A stretch of 64,000 bases of DNA from Opitutales bacterium (GTDB lineage: Bacteria > Verrucomicrobiota > Verrucomicrobiia > Opitutales > JAFGAQ01): the NCBI GenBank assembly GCA_033813415.1, contig JAPXRV010000009.1, positions 1,879 to 65,878 on the forward strand, given 5' to 3'. The position numbers and the translations under genes were made by a program. This document shows positions 58,188 through 64,000 of this stretch, piece by piece. Numbering within the stretch: the first letter of the stretch is position 1; each line of letters begins with the position of its first letter. A model generated the notes under the pieces. That model did not search any database. It was not told where the DNA came from and saw only the letters and a list, made by a program, of their open reading frames with translations.

Positions 58188-59582
58188 CTATTCTTCTTTT
58201 TGGGCGCCCGAACGCGCATCCGCGGCGATTCGTGCCACCTCGACGGAGACTGCGCACATGTCATCTTGCGCCCCCCGGCCGCCGGAGAAATCGCGTATGG
58301 AATCAAACAGATTGGTAAGAACCGTATCTGCGCTCTCAGAGGATTGACTCCGGATCAATTCGAGAAGCCGTTTCCTTCCGAACTGCTGTCCATCCTCCCT
58401 TTCGACCTCCAGGATGCCATCGGTGTAGAACAACACATTATCGCCCGGTGCGATAGGAATCGAACCCGACGAATAGCGGAAGTTCTCGATGAGGCCCAGA
58501 GCCGGCTCAGGTTCTGTGGTTGCGGCCTGGAGTATTCCCGATACCTGACTGCTGCGCTGTGTCAGGATCGGTTGGGGATGCCCGGCATTTGCATAGCGGA
58601 ATTGTCCCTTCAGCAAGTCGAACACGCCGTAGAAAGCGGTCACAAACAAGGTCATGTCGAGTTGCTTGAACACCGTGTTGAGGCTCCGGTTAACCTTCCG
58701 GAGGAAGACATGCGGATAAGGGGTGATCAACTTGAGTTCCCCCACCAGCCCTCTTAGCACTGCAGTGATCAGGGCCGCCCTCACTCCGTGTCCCATCACG
58801 TCACATATGATGACCCCTGCCTGGCTATTGGAAATCGGAATCACCTGAAAGAAGTCACCGGCCAAGGCTTCGGATGGGTAGTAGCGATGAAAGAACCGTA
58901 GTGCGCTTTCGCTGCTCGACAAATCCCAGATGAAAGGCGGATAGGACTTGGGCAGGAAAGCCATCTGAACCTTCCGCGCCATCTCAAGGTCGGTTTCAAT
59001 TTGCTGATTTTTCAGCTGCAATTGGTGCGCCAGATTAATGAGCCGTTCCTCTGCGAGCTATTTCTCCGTAATATCACGGGAGACTCCGAAGGTGCCGATT
59101 ACGGCCCCGTCTTTGGAGAAGAGCGGAAGTTTGATGGTGGAAGACCATTCCACCGACCGACCGACCCGCTCATCGTGCTCATCCTTGATGGCCATGGGCT
59201 GGCCGGTTTGGATGATGCGTTGTTCGTCCGCATACTTCTGGATCGCGAATTTGTAGGGGAAATAGTCGAAGTCGGTTTTTCCTACGATCGCGTCCGCGTC
59301 ATGTTCTCCAAAATGCTCGATGAAGGCCTTGTTGCCCATGAGGAATCGGCTTTCCGAGTCTTTGAAATAGATCCTGTCGGGCAGGTGTTCCATGAGGTGG
59401 TCAAGAAAGATGCTCTTGTCGTCTTCATGGCGGTTGATCCGTTTTTGCTGGGTGGCGCCCATCTCCACGCACTGCATCAGGATGGTTCGGACGAACTCGC
59501 GGTCGACATCCTGCCTGAGGCGGCCTTTTTCGAAAAGAAGGTCGAGGTTGCTCTGTATTCGGCTTTCGATCGGTTCGGGCAT
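58188..59582 (-). pseudogene. PAS-domain PP2C/SpoIIE-type Ser/Thr phosphatase interrupted by one in-frame TAG at 59058..59060
   Basis: ORFs 59058..59582 (PAS: PDRIYFKD...KTDFDYFP...GTFGVSRDITEK) and 58188..59021 (GDFF, CDVMGHG, NAGHP, YTDG, DDM) share one frame. The junction reads DITEK*LAEERLINL. Confidence 0.75.
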
Positions 59583-59671
59583 GGGGTATTACCTCAATCA
59601 CGATGGCACCATTCTATCGTGGATTCAACACTGAAGCCCGTGATTGAGCACGAATTCGAGGGGCGAAGCGA

Positions 59672-60424
59672 TCAAACCGGATCAATGTCCCGCTCAGACG
59701 ATACCGACGCAGGCGTTGAAGGACGTGCTGAGTCGCCGGTTTTGGCACGGGTTAGAAGGATGAGCAGCATCACCCAAAGGGTCAGAATCAGGTTATTCAG
59801 GGGCAATTGAAGCGGCTGCGGGAATGCGTAGATGATCAGGACTCCCGGAATCCAGACTGCCCATCCGGATAGCTGCACAGTGAGGATGCGGGCAAGCAGG
59901 CTCTTTTCGGAGAGGGCCACCCGGACCCCACCCACCTTGAAACCGGCGTCCTTCCATAGGTAGGCGAGTGTCATCGTGGGAGCGGCGATGAGCACCGAAT
60001 AGACGAACTGATCGAAACACATCTTGGCGAGCAAGGTTTGCCAGTCGTTGTCAGAGCCCCACATCCAGTCCTGCAAGCGATAGAAAAGATCAATTTCGAT
60101 CCCCTTTTCCGCCCAGAACAAAAGATAAAAAACCACGCCAGATAACGCTTCTTTGATGCCGAGATGAAAACGCCGCATGATTACCGGCAGCAGCCCGCCA
60201 AAGAATGCGGTGGATAGCATCGGATATACCAGCCCCATCTTCTCGCGGAGTTGCACGACATTCTCAAGGGCGAGTCTGACCCCGGGGAGGTTGTAGTAGG
60301 CGGCTACGAGCAAGGATCCGGCGATCATGAGAAGCAAAGCCGGCCATGCATTGCGCCGCGCGGCGATCATTCCCTCCCGGACGGCATTCCGGATCATGAG
60401 CTTGTGCGCTGATTCGTCTGGCAT
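59672..60424 (-). CDS. Membrane protein, Mpv17/PMP22-like
   Basis: Several TM helices; KMCFDQFVYS, W.VWIP...IY.FP..LQ...N...LW. ATG 60424 chosen as start. Confidence 0.65.
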   Translation of the reverse strand: MPDESAHKLMIRNAVREGMIAARRNAWPALLLMIAGSLLVAAYYNLPGVRLALENVVQLREKMGLVYPMLSTAFFGGLLPVIMRRFHLGIKEALSGVVFYLLFWAEKGIEIDLFYRLQDWMWGSDNDWQTLLAKMCFDQFVYSVLIAAPTMTLAYLWKDAGFKVGGVRVALSEKSLLARILTVQLSGWAVWIPGVLIIYAFPQPLQLPLNNLILTLWVMLLILLTRAKTGDSARPSTPASVSSERDIDPV

Positions 60425-60539
60425 AGGAGCGTGGTTGAATAACACAGATCAAACCCGGATTACGGGAGGGTTGATTCCCATGCTTATGCGGTGAAGTCCG
60501 GTGGAAGCGCGTGGATGATGCAGCCTTTCAGCACCTGGA

Positions 60540-61256
60540 TCAGAGCGGAAGCTTCTCAAGCGTTACTTTCCCTTCGTAGAGGGCCTTGCCGACGATCACT
60601 CCGATCAGGCGTGGATGCTTCGCTGAGATGCTTTGGAGCGCCTGAATATCGGCATCCGATCCCACTCCGCCCGATGCGATGATATCGATCCCGACGGTAT
60701 CGAGAAGCGCTTGTGTTGCCTTGAGGTTGGGTCCCGTCAGCATGCCATCGGTGGCGATATCGGTATGGATGAGGGTGCGGATTCCCACCTTTTCGAGCTC
60801 AGAGGCCAGTTCCAGAACAGGTTTTCCCGTATCATGGGTCCAGCCGTGCACGGATACTTTTCCGTCCATCGCATCGATCCCGACAGCCACCTTTTCTCCA
60901 AAAGCCTCAGCAAGCTCACGGGCAAATCCGATGTCCTGACATGCACGGGTGCCAACCACCGCACGCGCGACTCCCAGATCCAGCACCTTTTGAACCGCTT
61001 CGATACTCCTGAGACCGCCTCCGAGTTGCACCTTCACTCCCAGTTTCACCACTTCCGCGATGATGGAGTGATTAACGGGCGTTCCGGTAAAGGCACCATT
61101 GAGGTCAACCATGTGAATCCATTCGGCGCCCAAAGACTTCCATCGCCTTGCTGGCTCGATGGGGTCCGTGAAGTAAACGGTCTGTTTGTCTTCCCGGCCC
61201 TGGATTAGGCGGACACAGGATCCATCCTTGAGATCGATTGCTGGATACACACGCAT
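60540..61256 (-). CDS. hisA: ProFAR isomerase
   Basis: YPAIDLKDGSCVRL.QG, HMVDLNGA, QLGGGLR, TDIATDGMLTGPN, IASGGV, GKALY. Confidence 0.96.
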   Translation of the reverse strand: MRVYPAIDLKDGSCVRLIQGREDKQTVYFTDPIEPARRWKSLGAEWIHMVDLNGAFTGTPVNHSIIAEVVKLGVKVQLGGGLRSIEAVQKVLDLGVARAVVGTRACQDIGFARELAEAFGEKVAVGIDAMDGKVSVHGWTHDTGKPVLELASELEKVGIRTLIHTDIATDGMLTGPNLKATQALLDTVGIDIIASGGVGSDADIQALQSISAKHPRLIGVIVGKALYEGKVTLEKLPL

Positions 61257-61312
61257 GGCGAAAAGAGTAAATTTGGATACGAATCGGAAATGAATGGCGG
61301 CAACGAAGGCCC

Positions 61313-62614
61313 TCAGGCTGCATCGAGCTTGTCCGGTGGATCCGATTTCACGCGGATCTTGGCCTTTGATCGCCCTTCCACTACCGATTGGTTGATCAGC
61401 ACTTCAGCGGGTTCCTTGACGTCCGGAAGACTGTAAGTGATGTCGAGCATGATCGCTTCGAGGATGGACCTCAAGGCGCGGGCTCCGGTCTTCATGGCAA
61501 TAGCTTTTCGGGCAATGGCCGCTACCGCGTCCTTGGTGAAGCGCAGTTGAACCCCCTCCATGGACATGAGTTTGCCATATTGCCGGATCAGGGAGTTTTT
61601 GGTATTGAGCAGAATGTGGACAAGATCCTCCTCCCCAAGTTCCTTCAACACCGAAACCACGGGGAGCCGGCCGACAAACTCAGGGATCATGCCGAAACGG
61701 ACAAGATCCTCGGGCTCCAGATGCTCCATCATGGCGTGTTCATCAATCTGGTGAGCAGGATTGGACTCCGAACCGAATCCAAGCTGACGCGATCCCAACC
61801 TGTGCTGGATGATCTTGTCGAGCCCCACGAAGGCACCGCCGCAGATGAAAAGGATATTGGCTGTGTTGACCTGAATGTATTCCTGATTCGGATGCTTGCG
61901 CCCTCCTTGCGGGGGAACATTGCACACGGTTCCTTCCAGGATTTTGAGCAGAGCCTGCTGGACCCCCTCACCGGATACGTCACGGGTGATCGACACATTC
62001 TCGGTTTTTCTCCCGATCTTGTCGATTTCGTCCACGTAAACGATCCCGGTTTCGGCCCTTTTCGGATCGAAATTTGCAGCCTGGAGGAGGCGCAGGATGA
62101 TATTCTCAACATCATCTCCCACGTAGCCTGCCTCCGTCAACGTAGTGGCGTCCGCAATGGCGAAGGGGACATCCAGCATCTTGGCCAGATTCCTCGCCAG
62201 GTAGGTCTTGCCGCTTCCGGTTGGACCCACCAGCAGGATGTTGCTCTTCTCGATCTCGACGTCCTCAAACTCCTTGCTCGTTTCGCTGTCGGGCACACTG
62301 CGGTTCTTGTCGAACAGTTCGAACGAGAGCCGCTTGTAGTGATTGTAGACCGCCACCGAAAGAACCTTTTTCGCGTGGTCCTGCCCGATGATGTTACCAT
62401 CGAGAAACTCCTTGATCTGCTTGGGCTTGATCAGCTTGACAGAGTTGCGGGGAAGTTCGGGCGCACCTTTGAGTTCGCGGTCAATGATGGTCTGACAGAC
62501 CGACACGCACGAGTCGCAGATGTAGACACCGGCCGGACCCGCAATCATCTTGCGGACCTCGCTATGGGACTTTCCGCAGAAGGAGCAGAAAGTCATTTTG
62601 GATGCTTTTGCCAT
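61313..62614 (-). CDS. clpX: ATP-dependent Clp protease ATP-binding subunit
   Basis: CSFCGK...C..C zinc-binding domain, [22 protein letters not shown]. Confidence 0.98.
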   Translation of the reverse strand: MAKASKMTFCSFCGKSHSEVRKMIAGPAGVYICDSCVSVCQTIIDRELKGAPELPRNSVKLIKPKQIKEFLDGNIIGQDHAKKVLSVAVYNHYKRLSFELFDKNRSVPDSETSKEFEDVEIEKSNILLVGPTGSGKTYLARNLAKMLDVPFAIADATTLTEAGYVGDDVENIILRLLQAANFDPKRAETGIVYVDEIDKIGRKTENVSITRDVSGEGVQQALLKILEGTVCNVPPQGGRKHPNQEYIQVNTANILFICGGAFVGLDKIIQHRLGSRQLGFGSESNPAHQIDEHAMMEHLEPEDLVRFGMIPEFVGRLPVVSVLKELGEEDLVHILLNTKNSLIRQYGKLMSMEGVQLRFTKDAVAAIARKAIAMKTGARALRSILEAIMLDITYSLPDVKEPAEVLINQSVVEGRSKAKIRVKSDPPDKLDAA

Positions 62615-62638
62615 CGTTCTGAATAGAGGACTACCGGA

Positions 62639-63238
62639 TCAGCTCTTTTTGTCGGGACGGGAGAAGACCTGATCGACTATGCCGTAGGTCTTCGCTTCGT
62701 CGGCGGACATGTAGTAGTCCCGATCCGAGTCGTTTTCAATCTGCTCACTGGTCTTCCCGGTGTGAAACGCCAGGACATCGTTGATGGTCTTGCGCCAACG
62801 CAGGATTTCCTTCGCGGCGATCGAAATATCCGATGTCTGGCCGCCTGCGCCTCCTGTCGGCTGATGGATCATCACCCGGCAGTTGGGCAGTGCGAAGCGT
62901 TTGCCCTTGGTTCCTGCGGAGAGGAGCACCGTACTCATGCTTGCCGCCATCCCCACGCAATAGGTCACGATGTCGCAGCTCACCAGATTCATGGTATCGT
63001 AGATCGCCATCCCATCCGTTACACTACCTCCGGGAGAGTTGATGTAGAGATAGATATCCTTCTTCGGGTCCTCAGTCTGGAGGAACAGAAGCTGGGCGAT
63101 GATCGAGTTTGCCACAAAATCATTGATCGGCGTGCCGAGGAAGATGATGCGGTCCTTCAGGAGACGGCTGTAGATATCCCAGGAGCGTTCGGTACGTCCA
63201 TCGCGTTCAAAGACTGTTGGCAGAATGTATTGGCTCAC
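62639..63238 (-). CDS. clpP: Clp protease proteolytic subunit
   Basis: [33 protein letters not shown]. Confidence 0.98.
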   Translation of the reverse strand: MSQYILPTVFERDGRTERSWDIYSRLLKDRIIFLGTPINDFVANSIIAQLLFLQTEDPKKDIYLYINSPGGSVTDGMAIYDTMNLVSCDIVTYCVGMAASMSTVLLSAGTKGKRFALPNCRVMIHQPTGGAGGQTSDISIAAKEILRWRKTINDVLAFHTGKTSEQIENDSDRDYYMSADEAKTYGIVDQVFSRPDKKS

Positions 63239-63298
63239 AAATATTCCTTTGTTGGGTTATTCGAACGGATGAGACCGGATGCCGATTGCCTTCAGGCA

Positions 63299-64000
63299 TC
63301 AGGCTTTTTCGGTCACGGTAGCCTCGGCAACCAGGAAGTCCAATGCCTTGGAGAACACGGCACGGTTCTTGATGGCCTGTATCTGATCTTCGTCCTTCTT
63401 CAACTGGTTTACAAATTTGTCGACCGGCATTCCGATGGACATCGCCTGCTGCATGATCGCCTGTGAAAATTCGGTATGATCCAGCTTGATGGACTCCTTC
63501 TCCACAATACGGCCGATGAGGATGTCGAGCTTCACGCGCTCCCGCGCGGTATTTTCGACCTCTTCGGTGATTTTTGCAGCCGCTTCCTGGATGGCTTGCG
63601 GATCAGCGCCACGACGCATCTGGTGCTGCATGAAATCTTCCATGATCGATTCGGATTCGCGTTTTACGGCGCTTTCCGGAAGATCAAATTCCACACTTGC
63701 ACGGAGCTTTTCGGATACGGCCTTGCGAAGCTCGTTCTGCACTTCCTGTGCCTTGCGTGCTTCCAGCGACTTGCGGATCTGCGCCTTGAGATCGTCGAGG
63801 CTTTCAGCCTGCACCGACTTCAGGAACTCTTCATTGATTTCGGGCAGAATCTTCTGGCGCACTTCATGCGCCTGCACCGAGTAGGTGGCCTTCTTGCCGC
63901 GAAGGTCTTCCACTGCGTGGTCTTCCGGGAAGGTGTAGTCCACCTTGGACGAATCGCCCGGCTTCATGCCCACGAGGGCGCTGACCACTGCGGCCACGCC
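63299..64000 (-). CDS. tig: Trigger factor, 5' end outside the window
   Basis: FPEDHAVEDLRGK.ATY.V...K.LPE.N.EF; C-terminal domain; canonical tig-clpP-clpX order. Confidence 0.92.
   Translation of the reverse strand, partial: GVAAVVSALVGMKPGDSSKVDYTFPEDHAVEDLRGKKATYSVQAHEVRQKILPEINEEFLKSVQAESLDDLKAQIRKSLEARKAQEVQNELRKAVSEKLRASVEFDLPESAVKRESESIMEDFMQHQMRRGADPQAIQEAAAKITEEVENTARERVKLDILIGRIVEKESIKLDHTEFSQAIMQQAMSIGMPVDKFVNQLKKDEDQIQAIKNRAVFSKALDFLVAEATVTEKA

Noticed and set aside
59058-59060. Genome-wide TAG recoding or pyrrolysine
   Set aside because: TAG terminates genes normally at 15142, 23694, 30137 and 33757, and there are no pyl genes in the window.

Overview
This 64 kb window is bacterial chromosome, mostly housekeeping genes. 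The gene set and protein styles suggest Verrucomicrobiota, class Opitutia; this is an inference, not a search result. Recognisable genes: thiG-thiH, an RlmD/TrmA-family methyltransferase, ruvC, rny with the SRP RNA directly upstream, a DUF3450-ExbB-ExbB-ExbD-ExbD-TonB-TPR cluster, DAHP synthase, a beta-propeller hybrid sensor kinase, a rhomboid protease, a PLP trans-sulfuration enzyme, carB, three glycosyltransferases, a GlpD-like oxidoreductase, lolC/E-lolD, aroA-cmk, mpl, a ketoacyl-ACP synthase, tRNA-Lys(UUU), mazG plus a YgjP-like gene, trpC-rsmA, HDOD, hisA and tig-clpP-clpX. I saw no CRISPR array, integrase, transposase or rRNA. The most interesting observations are: (1) a ~150-220 nt non-coding element with a REP-like hairpin core present in two intergenic tracts 23 kb apart; (2) tandem secreted esterase paralogues with a near-identical N-part and a diverged C-part; (3) an orphan TRAFAC-type GTPase of the kind seen in conflict systems, with an apparently eroded zinc ribbon; (4) a secreted trypsin-fold/PPC protein lacking its catalytic His and Ser; (5) a PAS-PP2C phosphatase gene split by one in-frame TAG; (6) a 41-aa membrane protein missed by the ORF track. 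All family assignments come from motif recognition by eye, and identities are manual counts.
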